DNA from: Marinicella sp.
GTDB taxonomy: Bacteria; Pseudomonadota; Gammaproteobacteria; Xanthomonadales; Marinicellaceae
Direction of reading: 5' to 3'
Assembly (NCBI GenBank): GCA_965230295.1
Contig: OZ246001.1
Location: 832,001 to 896,000, forward strand
DNA: 64,000 bases
The position numbers were made by a program, and so were the translations under genes. The notes below the pieces were generated by a model that had not been told where the DNA came from, searched no databases, and saw only the letters and a list, made by a program, of their open reading frames with translations. Shown here in pieces: positions 20,463 to 28,934 of this stretch. Numbering within the stretch: the stretch's first letter is position 1; each line of letters starts with the position of its first letter.

Positions 20463-21217
20463 CAGGCAAAGTCATCAAATCTAGGGGCTAATTTTTGAAA
20501 GAATCGATTACTTAAAAACAACAAGACCAATGCAGCCAAAGCAATATAAAATGACGAAGACCAATTCAATGGATTCAAATTGAATACCACATCATGGATG
20601 AAATTTACAATGGGCAATATTGGGTTCAACATAAAATAGGGCTTGGCTGAATCAGGAACTATGGTCCAGGAATAAATGATGGGTGTACAAAAAAACACCA
20701 AGGGCAACAATGCCGATATGATTTGTTTTAAGTCGCGATAAAACACATAAAAAGCTGAAAACAATAAACTCAAAGCGACTGCCAATACATACAGAATGAC
20801 CAATGGAATCAACAATAAAAACAAGTCCAGTGAAGGTGCCAATCTGCCCATCAACATCAATAGAATCAAAATAGCAATAAATCCGATGCCATGCAGAATA
20901 AAATTGGCCGTTGTTCCTGCCAATACAACATGGCGCAAGTCCATTTTAACTTTTCCTAACAAGTCTTTTCGATTGACCACAGCAGTGATTGAATTGAGTA
21001 CTGATTCAGAAAATGCCATCCACGGCCAAAGGCCAATGGCCAAATAAGTAATGAATGCATTATCAGGTAGATTTGGCACCCGTGCTTTAAACAGGATGCC
21101 AAATACAAAATTATAAATCAGTAATGTGATCAGAGGATGAACAATGATCCAAACCAACGCCGAAGAATTTCCAAGATAGCGATCCTTGATCTCTTTCTTC
21201 AAAAAGAATTTAAACAT
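20462..21217 (-). CDS. wzm: Polysaccharide ABC exporter permease
   Basis: RYLGNSSALVWIIVHPL, YRDLKQ, TPIIY, LNP; multiple TM helices; adjacent to wzt. Confidence 0.92.
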   Translation of the reverse strand: MFKFFLKKEIKDRYLGNSSALVWIIVHPLITLLIYNFVFGILFKARVPNLPDNAFITYLAIGLWPWMAFSESVLNSITAVVNRKDLLGKVKMDLRHVVLAGTTANFILHGIGFIAILILLMLMGRLAPSLDLFLLLIPLVILYVLAVALSLLFSAFYVFYRDLKQIISALLPLVFFCTPIIYSWTIVPDSAKPYFMLNPILPIVNFIHDVVFNLNPLNWSSSFYIALAALVLLFLSNRFFQKLAPRFDDFA

Positions 21218-22159
21218 TTATTCTTCGATGAATACTTTATATCTTTCGAATATATGTGCGATCAGTTCAGGGTTTACCTCAATTTCATGCTGTACTTTCG
21301 CATTGATGATACTTTGAAATTTTCTTTTCACAGCTTTTTTCTTGAGTTGTTGGTATATTTCAGTTTTGGCATCTGCTAATTTGCCAGGTTCTGACGGTAC
21401 AATCTTGTTAACCCTGATGATATAACGGGTACCTTTGTCGGTTAATACCTCTGGAATCACGCCCAATGGGGCATTGAACACTTTTTCCTTAAATGCATAA
21501 TTAAATTGATTCTCCCTGAATTCACCCCAATGTCCTTCATTGATACTTTTACTGGGATCAGTTGAGATTTCAGATGCTTTGATTTGGAATGATGCCTGGT
21601 CAGAAGATTTAAGTTCATTCAGTATTGCGTCTGAATCATTTGTATCAACCTCATCTAACATGATGACAGACAAATCTCTTTTGGCTGGCTTAATGAATTT
21701 AGCTTTATTCACCATGAAATACTCTTTGATCGAGTTTTTCAACATTTCTTCAGTGGTGGTTTCCTCAAGGTATGCCAACAAAGTCTTGTAATATTCTCGT
21801 TTTATGACATAAGACCTGACCGATTGTTCCATGGTTTTAGATTCTAGATCTAGCATCTCTAAGAAGACAGTTTCCGGTATCCATTCATCTTCATTGACTG
21901 TTTTAATGACATCCTTAAAACGATCCAAATCTTTAAGATCAGAATTCAGAATGTGTTGGTAAACAATGTTGATGTTCAATAAAGTGAAAACATTTTTTTC
22001 TATTTGTTGCTGTTGAACGGCAAACCCACCCCTCTTGTCTTTTTTCAACAGATATACATAAGCATCTAAATCAGACAACGGCACTTCAATGCCACCTTGT
22101 TTAACCAGGTAAGCATCCTGGTTAAACAAGGAAGAGATCAATAAGATCAATAATTTCAT
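21218..22159 (-). CDS. Exported parvulin-type peptidyl-prolyl isomerase / chaperone
   Basis: Short hydrophobic N-terminus; helical SurA-N-like region; PpiC-like motif ASEISTDPSKSINEGHWGEF...FKEKVFNAPLG. Confidence 0.75.
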   Translation of the reverse strand: MKLLILLISSLFNQDAYLVKQGGIEVPLSDLDAYVYLLKKDKRGGFAVQQQQIEKNVFTLLNINIVYQHILNSDLKDLDRFKDVIKTVNEDEWIPETVFLEMLDLESKTMEQSVRSYVIKREYYKTLLAYLEETTTEEMLKNSIKEYFMVNKAKFIKPAKRDLSVIMLDEVDTNDSDAILNELKSSDQASFQIKASEISTDPSKSINEGHWGEFRENQFNYAFKEKVFNAPLGVIPEVLTDKGTRYIIRVNKIVPSEPGKLADAKTEIYQQLKKKAVKRKFQSIINAKVQHEIEVNPELIAHIFERYKVFIEE

Positions 22160-23379
22160 AGGCCAGATTGCACCCCTTCGTTATAGAAAATGGTACATGC
22201 AAAGTTGCTACTGATTTCACATGAAGGTGGTGTGGCTAACGGATTAGGCGAATTGACATAATTCACATAATATGACTTGCCTGCTTCTAAGATACAGAAA
22301 GTACCCGGATCGTCTGTAACCACCGTTGAAAACCTTGCAGTAGAATTGGCCGCTGAAAGAGGAATCACACAAACTGCTGATTGGGTGAAGTCTCCTGGAC
22401 ACTCACTGATTGACATGGTACTTTGACTGATTTGTCTTTGAGTTGGTGCATCTTGTAAAGTGATTTTTCTTCTGTTGTTAAACGGCGGATTGTCAGCCTC
22501 TAATGAAAAACCTGACAGGGCGTAAAATTTGCTGTTTTGAATGTCTAATTCAAAATTAACGTTGTTATTTTCACCAAATGGTTGTCCTTGATTGAATTCA
22601 GTATAAGTACCTTGAACCATGTCTAAATTCGGTGGCAACACCACTGAGCTACAACTTTCATCTAAAGTATAGGTAACACCCACTGTACTGATTGCACCAT
22701 TACAATTCAGGGTCAGGGTTGTATTTTGATTGATTGTGACTGGGGACGATCCAGACGTGCCTTTTGCACCTGACCAACCTACAACAGCAGGAGAGGCACT
22801 GGCTGTACAACCAGTGGTATTGGTGGAATTCCATGCCACTGTTGCACTGGTAGAAGGTCCAACAATAGCATTTGTAGATTGTGAGTTAACTGTAAAGAGG
22901 GTGATAGAGGGTGACCCGCCGCCACCGCCTGATTGTTCGGTCAATAAAAATGATTTTGTTGTGGTTTGCGCTGCAGCATTTTGGCATGACAATTCCAAAG
23001 TGGCAGGCAAGGTAGTCACTGTCACTGATTGAGAATAACTGCCATCTGCAGCTGTTTTTGCTCCATTCCAAGTTGCAACACCGCTGGTGGTATCAGCCGT
23101 ACAACTGGCTGCATAGGCAACACTCCAACTGACGGTGATTGAACTACCTGTGGTGATGTCATAATCACTTGGATAGAATCCCAGAATTACGGGGGTGTTT
23201 TGATTACCACTGACAATAAAATGCTCACCAACTGTGGTAACTGACACATCACCAGTTACAAAATCAATTTCTACATTTTCGGTGATTTCTACTTCTTCGT
23301 TGTTGTTGGTAAATACCAATTTTTCAGCCGCAGCGGACTGAATGAACAAAACGAAAACTAATATTAACGCGTTTTTCAT
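22156..23379 (-). CDS. Secreted Ser/Thr/Cys-rich protein with two internal Ig-like repeats
   Basis: Signal peptide MKNALILVFVLFIQSAAA; 10 Cys; repeated W..C-T-A..W-[NS]-GAK..TL.L.C units separated by SGGGGG. Confidence 0.8.
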   Translation of the reverse strand: MKNALILVFVLFIQSAAAEKLVFTNNNEEVEITENVEIDFVTGDVSVTTVGEHFIVSGNQNTPVILGFYPSDYDITTGSSITVSWSVAYAASCTADTTSGVATWNGAKTAADGSYSQSVTVTTLPATLELSCQNAAAQTTTKSFLLTEQSGGGGGSPSITLFTVNSQSTNAIVGPSTSATVAWNSTNTTGCTASASPAVVGWSGAKGTSGSSPVTINQNTTLTLNCNGAISTVGVTYTLDESCSSVVLPPNLDMVQGTYTEFNQGQPFGENNNVNFELDIQNSKFYALSGFSLEADNPPFNNRRKITLQDAPTQRQISQSTMSISECPGDFTQSAVCVIPLSAANSTARFSTVVTDDPGTFCILEAGKSYYVNYVNSPNPLATPPSCEISSNFACTIFYNEGVQSGL

Positions 23380-23445
23380 GGGTTTTCTCATTTCATCTAT
23401 AAACTTCGGATTATACAAGATGTTGTGTTAATTTTTTATTCAAAA

Positions 23446-23476
23446 AAAAAGGACAAGATCAGATCTTGTCCTTTTT
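23446..23476 (-). terminator. Strong intrinsic terminator immediately after the putative S-layer gene
   Basis: Perfect inverted repeat AAAAAGGACAAGATC-A-GATCTTGTCCTTTTT; T9 tract on the minus strand; about 20 nt past the stop codon. Confidence 0.85.
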
Positions 23477-23495
23477 ATTTTCATGTACTCAGGTA

Positions 23496-24905
23496 TTATT
23501 GAGAAACAACATTACCTTTGTGTACGAACAGACCAGCGTACTGAGCCAGTAAGCCAGCACCAGCATTACCATTGGTAAATTGCTGTGCTGAGAAACCAGT
23601 TACAGGTAAGCCCAAGTAAGCAGGACCTGCAGTAGGAGCTGTAACAAATGCCAAATCACTGAAAGACATGTTAGCCCAACCATTCTCAGTAGCAGCACCA
23701 CTTGGAGTGGTAACAGTTACTAAGTTGTCAGAACCCATGATTGATGATTCTGCACCAGCAGCACCGCCAGGTAACATGAACTCAACAACGTTGACTTCTT
23801 TACACAAGCTTGGGTTTGCACCAGCAGGAGGACGTGGAGATACACCGCCAACTGTCAAGATTTCCAATTGCTCTTCTCTGTCCCAAATAGTTAATTCAAA
23901 CTCGTGACAAGAGTTAACACCATCCCAAACATCATTGAATGGAGGAATTGCAGCAGCAGGAGCTACGTCAACGTGGAAACGCTTAGTTGGGAAAGAAATA
24001 ACCCACTCAGATTTACCAGCAACCAATGAATCTAAAGCGTACTCATTGTAAACAGATTGTCTGGTGAACAATGAAGAAATAGACTCAGCACCTGTAGCGT
24101 AAGTAGAAGTTTGTGCAGCACCTTCAAAGAAAACTGTAGAGCTTTCAATACCTTGTGCTAACGATGGGAACAAGCTGCCTGGCTCAGAGTGAGTACCCAG
24201 ACCTAACTCCCAAAACTCATCAACTGCAATCGCATCATAAGTCATGGCCAAACCTTCAGCTACATTTACGATAGAAGCAGAACCGAACAAACCGCCAGTT
24301 ACTAAATCTTCATCAGCCAATGTGTCATAAAGACCATTGTCAGACCAATCGCCTTCGATGGTGCCACAAGAAGCTGGAACACCAGATCCACCGTGATCAG
24401 CAGCAGTAACAGTACCACCATTGAAAGTAGCCATTTCGATGATTTCGAAGTGACCATCAGTAGCACGACGCATGCTCATGTTAGTAGGATCAAGGTCAGC
24501 ATCGATTGTGAATGGCAAGAACTCTTGGCCACCTTTAATCAAGAAAGGAGCACAAGAAGTGTCAGTTGTAACGTGAGCAGCAGAAGGCTCACCAACGTGA
24601 CCAGCTTGAGTTGAGTTGGTAGGAACCAAAGCACCAGTCCAAACGTCAAAAGCTGACAAGTAAACGTTAAAGTCAAGAACCTCTAAAGAGTTTTCACCTT
24701 CCAAGAAACGTACTTTAACAGCTTTGGTGTCAGCAGTCGTGTTAACAACTGAGTACAAAGTGTTCAAACCGTTATTAACTGAGTAATAAGGGTAAATCAG
24801 TACTTCACCAGTACCTTCTGGGTTAACAAACTGTTGTGCATTTGCCATGCCCGCGACACCCGCGATACCAGCAACAACAGCCATAGTTAGTTTATTTTTT
24901 TTCAT
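23496..24905 (-). CDS. Probable S-layer / major cell-surface protein (resembles the NpdA-like 'cell surface protein' family)
   Basis: Sec signal (AGMANA|QQ) and GGAG RBS. Motifs GTGEVLIYPYY, KAVKVRFLEG..S.EVLDFNVYLS..DVWTG, W.ISFPTKR, DREEQ, LC.EVNV, GLPVTGF. Acidic and G/A/T/S-rich; strong codon bias (GCT, GGT, TCT, AAC, TTC). Confidence 0.75.
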   Translation of the reverse strand: MKKNKLTMAVVAGIAGVAGMANAQQFVNPEGTGEVLIYPYYSVNNGLNTLYSVVNTTADTKAVKVRFLEGENSLEVLDFNVYLSAFDVWTGALVPTNSTQAGHVGEPSAAHVTTDTSCAPFLIKGGQEFLPFTIDADLDPTNMSMRRATDGHFEIIEMATFNGGTVTAADHGGSGVPASCGTIEGDWSDNGLYDTLADEDLVTGGLFGSASIVNVAEGLAMTYDAIAVDEFWELGLGTHSEPGSLFPSLAQGIESSTVFFEGAAQTSTYATGAESISSLFTRQSVYNEYALDSLVAGKSEWVISFPTKRFHVDVAPAAAIPPFNDVWDGVNSCHEFELTIWDREEQLEILTVGGVSPRPPAGANPSLCKEVNVVEFMLPGGAAGAESSIMGSDNLVTVTTPSGAATENGWANMSFSDLAFVTAPTAGPAYLGLPVTGFSAQQFTNGNAGAGLLAQYAGLFVHKGNVVSQ

Positions 24906-24992
24906 TTCTAACTCCAAATTTAATAAAAATATCAGGGCTATTTTAAAATATCCCCGCTCATATGAACGAAGCTATACAAGATAGCAAAGTGA

Positions 24993-25021
24993 ATGATAAT
25001 TTATCTGTGTTTCAGAAACAA
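24993..25021 (-). promoter_or_regulatory. Putative sigma70 promoter of the S-layer gene
   Basis: Minus strand TTGTTT-17 nt-TATCAT with an A-rich UP-like tract upstream, in a 167-nt intergenic gap. Confidence 0.5.
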
Positions 25022-25072
25022 GCACTTTTTATTATTTTTTGATTAAAAATGTACTTGCAAATACCGTTATTT

Positions 25073-25492
25073 TCACTCACCCTTTGGCACAAAATACCAC
25101 TTTCCTTCCACCTGAATCCAATTCTCTGAAACCTCAGTGTTGACAGCCACACCGCCCAGGCTTCTCTTGGAAAAACTGTACTCATAATCAAGTTTTATTT
25201 TGACCTCACAAATCGTTTCCTCTACACAGTTTGCACTGACGAATTCGCCTTTGGTCCATTTCATATTCATCTGTGCCGTCAGCATCCTCAATGAAAACGC
25301 TTCTGCGGTTTCAGTTTCCTTGTGTCCAGGAGAAAAATATTCATAGGCACTTTCAAAATCTTGTTCAATGATGGCAAGCCACCTCGATTCTACACTAGAC
25401 TGAAGGTCTTCAGTTTGTTGGCAACCAACCAGCATCATCACCGATAGCAAAGCGGTCCATTTCATAAAACTTCTATTCTTTTTATTCATCAT
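25073..25492 (-). CDS. Small lipoprotein, NTF2-like, translationally coupled to gspD
   Basis: Lipobox LVGC; RWLAIIEQDFESAYEYFSP...ENWIQVEGKWYF; start overlaps the gspD stop. Confidence 0.75.
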   Translation of the reverse strand: MMNKKNRSFMKWTALLSVMMLVGCQQTEDLQSSVESRWLAIIEQDFESAYEYFSPGHKETETAEAFSLRMLTAQMNMKWTKGEFVSANCVEETICEVKIKLDYEYSFSKRSLGGVAVNTEVSENWIQVEGKWYFVPKGE

Positions 25493-27626
25493 TTTCTTCT
25501 GTTTCAATTTTATTTACCTTTATGGGCTGTAAGCCACGGAATTTTTTGGCATATTCTCTGGTCACCAATCTGGCTTGCTCAGGGTTTTCAACCACAGTTG
25601 GCGTGATCAACAGCATCAACTCAGTGCGGTTTGATGATTTACTCTTCGACCCAAAAGCATTCCCCAGGACGGGAATCCTGCTTAACAATGGGAAACCAGA
25701 TCGAGACAGCGTTTCTGCTTCTCTGATCAAGCCACCCATCACAATGGTGTTGCCACTTTGTACAGCAATTTCAGTATTCAAAGCACGGGTCGAAATCGGC
25801 GGAGTGGTGGTACCTTCAGTAGGTGTCCCGGGAGCACTCACGTCTTGACTGATTTCCATATAGACCAATCCACCTGGGTTGACCCTTGGAGTGATGTCAA
25901 CCTGAACACCAGTCTGGATAAAACGGGTGCTGGATATGGTGCCATTGTTGACATTTCCACCGTTGTTAATGGAGCCTACATTGGTGATGGGTATTTGGTC
26001 ACCTACATTAATGGTGGCATTCTTGTTATTCAAAACCAACATGGAAGGACTTGACAACAAGGAAACCCGGCCTTCTTTCTCCAAAGCCGTTAACCTTGCT
26101 TCAGCATCGGTACCCAAGAAACTGTACGACACCAAACTCCCATTGATTCTGGCTCCTGAGGTGCTGAAATTATAAGGCACATCTTTGGGTTCAGGATTCA
26201 CGCTGTCGCCACCATCTATCTCACTGGAACCATCACCAAACAACAAATCCATGCCATATGAAATCGAATCATCCAAAGTCACTTCGATGATTTTCAGTTC
26301 AACCAAGACCTGTAGTGGCTCAATATCTAACCGTTGAATCGCTGATAAGATTTTTTCATAATCAACAACCCCGGCCTTGATCAACAGTTGATTAGAGTCT
26401 TCAATGGCAGAAATGAAAATGTCGTTGATGCCCGAGCCAGCTGTATTGGTGGCCCTGCGCCGATTGGTGTTGGTGCTTTTCGCGCCACTTGAACTGACTT
26501 CTTTGCCTTGAGCACCTGGCGCCACGGAGCCGCCACTGGCTTTTCGAGATGAACTGGAGCCACTGCTGCCTCCAAACACATCATTCAGATAAGCAGCCAA
26601 ATCGTCCGCTTTGATGTTTTTCACACTGTAGACATATAAATTAGACGCCCCGTCTGCATCAGCACGATCCAACCGTTCTATCCATTTTTTGGCCTGATGT
26701 AAATAATCTTCTTGAGGCGTGATGACCATCACTGCGTTCAAGCGTTCTAATGGCAAAAACCGAAACATACCAGCCAAGGGATTGTCTGCCCCTTCGCCAA
26801 ACAAGGCTTCTAACTCAACCAAAATATCCGCTGACTCAACTTGCTTCAGGTAAAAGATTCCGGTAGACATGCCTGCCAACCAATCCACATCAAATATTTC
26901 AATGGTATCTAAGTAGTTGGTTAATTCGCTGTTGGTTCCAGATAAAAACAAAATATTTCTGGCATTGTCCGCTTTGACCACTGCGCCATCTTTGGCATAT
27001 GGCTCCAAAATCTTTTCCATCTCAGTGGGTGACACATAAGTCATAGGCACGGCCAAAACTTGATAGCCGCCACCTTGAGTGACGCGGTTTAACTTGGGTG
27101 TCAACAAGCCTTTAATCGCTTGTTTTTCTGGCAGCACATGATAACGATCTTCAACCATCACCAATGCAGCATTGTTCCAACTCAACATCATTTCCAAAAT
27201 AGGGATGATTTGTTTCTTGGAAACCGGCTTGGCAGTGGCAAAGGTTACTTTCCCGTTAACCCCAGGAGCGATCACATAATTTTCTTTCAAGACCTCCCCT
27301 AAAATAAAATGCACAACAGCCTGTAATGATTCCCCTTCAAAGTTAAAAGTCACAGCTCCTTGCTCTGAAACAGTGGGCCTTGATCGGGTGGCTGCATCGT
27401 AATTGATGAATTCGCCGGTTCCTGGATACAAGTCCTCTTTGGTGTCACGCTTGACAGACTCTTCCCCACTGTTGAACACTTCACCTGAGTAAATGGTTGA
27501 TTCCACACCTTCTAAATAGTCAGAATTGTCCAGTTCTCTACTGAGGTCTTTAGGTTGAGTCACACAACCACTGACGGTGATTGCCAGCAAGCTTAAAACC
27601 ATTAAGTTGTTACGTTTTTTTATCAT
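25482..27626 (-). CDS. gspD: Type II secretion secretin (XpsD-like lipoprotein secretin)
   Basis: Lipobox VSGC, N0 domain TFNFEGESL, FDVDWLAGMS, QVLVELKIIEV, GFPLLSRIPVLG, ELMLLITP. Confidence 0.96.
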   Translation of the reverse strand: MIKKRNNLMVLSLLAITVSGCVTQPKDLSRELDNSDYLEGVESTIYSGEVFNSGEESVKRDTKEDLYPGTGEFINYDAATRSRPTVSEQGAVTFNFEGESLQAVVHFILGEVLKENYVIAPGVNGKVTFATAKPVSKKQIIPILEMMLSWNNAALVMVEDRYHVLPEKQAIKGLLTPKLNRVTQGGGYQVLAVPMTYVSPTEMEKILEPYAKDGAVVKADNARNILFLSGTNSELTNYLDTIEIFDVDWLAGMSTGIFYLKQVESADILVELEALFGEGADNPLAGMFRFLPLERLNAVMVITPQEDYLHQAKKWIERLDRADADGASNLYVYSVKNIKADDLAAYLNDVFGGSSGSSSSRKASGGSVAPGAQGKEVSSSGAKSTNTNRRRATNTAGSGINDIFISAIEDSNQLLIKAGVVDYEKILSAIQRLDIEPLQVLVELKIIEVTLDDSISYGMDLLFGDGSSEIDGGDSVNPEPKDVPYNFSTSGARINGSLVSYSFLGTDAEARLTALEKEGRVSLLSSPSMLVLNNKNATINVGDQIPITNVGSINNGGNVNNGTISSTRFIQTGVQVDITPRVNPGGLVYMEISQDVSAPGTPTEGTTTPPISTRALNTEIAVQSGNTIVMGGLIREAETLSRSGFPLLSRIPVLGNAFGSKSKSSNRTELMLLITPTVVENPEQARLVTREYAKKFRGLQPIKVNKIETEENDE

Positions 27627-28333
27627 TGTTTATTTCCTTTCGCGGCATTTGCCCTCATTTGCGCCCTGCGCTCAGCTATTTTCTTTCTGATTTCCTCAGC
27701 ACTGTTTTTTTGTGCTTTTTGCTTATTTGAGTCAGACTTGTTCTTATTCTTTCCATTGTTTTTACCTTTGTTGTTTCTGCCCTTATTTTTGGCTGCATTC
27801 CTTGTCGCTTTGCCCAGCTGGCCACTGAAGACTTCAAGTTCCAACTCAACAGGCTCCTCTCCTTCTGCAACAAATGTAACTGCCCTTGGTTTGATGTCAC
27901 CAACCACCCACAATCCTTGATCTCCAGGCAAAGGCATGCCTTGTTTTAAAGTAATGCGCTCTCGACTTAATTCATCAAAAACCATGGCATAACTGTTTTC
28001 CTCCGTGATGATGATACTGGTCACTTTGGCTTTCAAAGGTTCAGCTTCTATCTCAGGTTCTTTTTCTTCCACTTCAAGATCCTCTGGCGGAGCCACATAA
28101 GGGGTGCGATCCATACTGAACAAAGGTGCATCTGTAATTTGCACAATGGCCTTGTCATCAATCACGGCAGTTTCGACATCTTCAACATCCAGCTTATTCA
28201 ATGTTGAAGCATCAAAAACTTCTGCTTCAAGTGACGCAGTTCCACGCCCCCAACCAAACATCTGCATGGCAGCCAACAACAGCAAAATGCCAATCAAAAC
28301 CAGCAATGTATTGGTGAATAAATTATTTTTCAT
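27623..28333 (-). CDS. gspN: Type II secretion protein XpsN-like (GspC equivalent)
   Basis: N-terminal TM helix, PLFSMDRTP, C-terminal IRKKIAERRAQMR as in XpsN; lies between M and D. Confidence 0.7.
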   Translation of the reverse strand: MKNNLFTNTLLVLIGILLLLAAMQMFGWGRGTASLEAEVFDASTLNKLDVEDVETAVIDDKAIVQITDAPLFSMDRTPYVAPPEDLEVEEKEPEIEAEPLKAKVTSIIITEENSYAMVFDELSRERITLKQGMPLPGDQGLWVVGDIKPRAVTFVAEGEEPVELELEVFSGQLGKATRNAAKNKGRNNKGKNNGKNKNKSDSNKQKAQKNSAEEIRKKIAERRAQMRANAAKGNKQ

Positions 28334-28934
28334 CGTCTTTTTCAATTGGATTTTTTAAATACGCATACAAATCAAATCGAATCTCTAAATTTTCTGGGGC
28401 TGCTTGAGCGGCGTTTTTGCGATAGCGATTAACATTGCGAGATTCAACCCGCAAATCGCTGACAAACAAAGAAGGGGTGTTCTCTTCTATCAACTCAACA
28501 ATTTTGACAAAGATTTCATATTGGCAGCGCATTCTAACACGCAAAGTAATTTTTTCAAATTGCTCAGGCTCTCTGTCTTGGGTGGGTGATTGGCTGACAA
28601 TTTGACATTTGGCGGTTTCATCGGTTTGTTGATTCACGATGTTCTTAAAAATTGAAGTGATCTCAGCATTGCCTAAGTTTTTTGAATCCGCTTGTAAAAA
28701 CTCATTGTTTGAGCCCACTGCTTTTTTGACATCATCCAATAGTTTTCGCAAATCCGGAGTTTTGGCCGCTTCATTGATGTACTGCTGTCGCGACTCATTC
28801 AATGAAGTGATTTCTTCATTCAAATCTGCATGAGCCACAAAAAACCAATGAAAAAACAAAAAGTATACTGTCGTCAACACCAACAACAAAACCAAAATGG
28901 CAGACCACCGACTGACCCTGGGATCAAGATTCAT
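28323..28934 (-). CDS. gspM: Type II secretion protein M
   Basis: Single TM plus coiled coil; IEENTPSLFVSDL..LEIRFDLYAYL; operon position. Confidence 0.85.
   Translation of the reverse strand: MNLDPRVSRWSAILVLLLVLTTVYFLFFHWFFVAHADLNEEITSLNESRQQYINEAAKTPDLRKLLDDVKKAVGSNNEFLQADSKNLGNAEITSIFKNIVNQQTDETAKCQIVSQSPTQDREPEQFEKITLRVRMRCQYEIFVKIVELIEENTPSLFVSDLRVESRNVNRYRKNAAQAAPENLEIRFDLYAYLKNPIEKDDEK

Noticed and set aside
22156-24905. IPTL-CTERM / PEP-CTERM signals or bacterial N-glycosylation sequons on the secreted proteins
   Set aside because: Neither protein has a C-terminal TM helix plus basic tail. The N-x-S/T sites I checked in the S-layer protein lack the D/E at -2, so glycosylation cannot be claimed from sequence.
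27700-27800. Low-complexity K/N-rich stretch
   Set aside because: It is a coding linker within XpsN/GspC, not a DNA repeat array.
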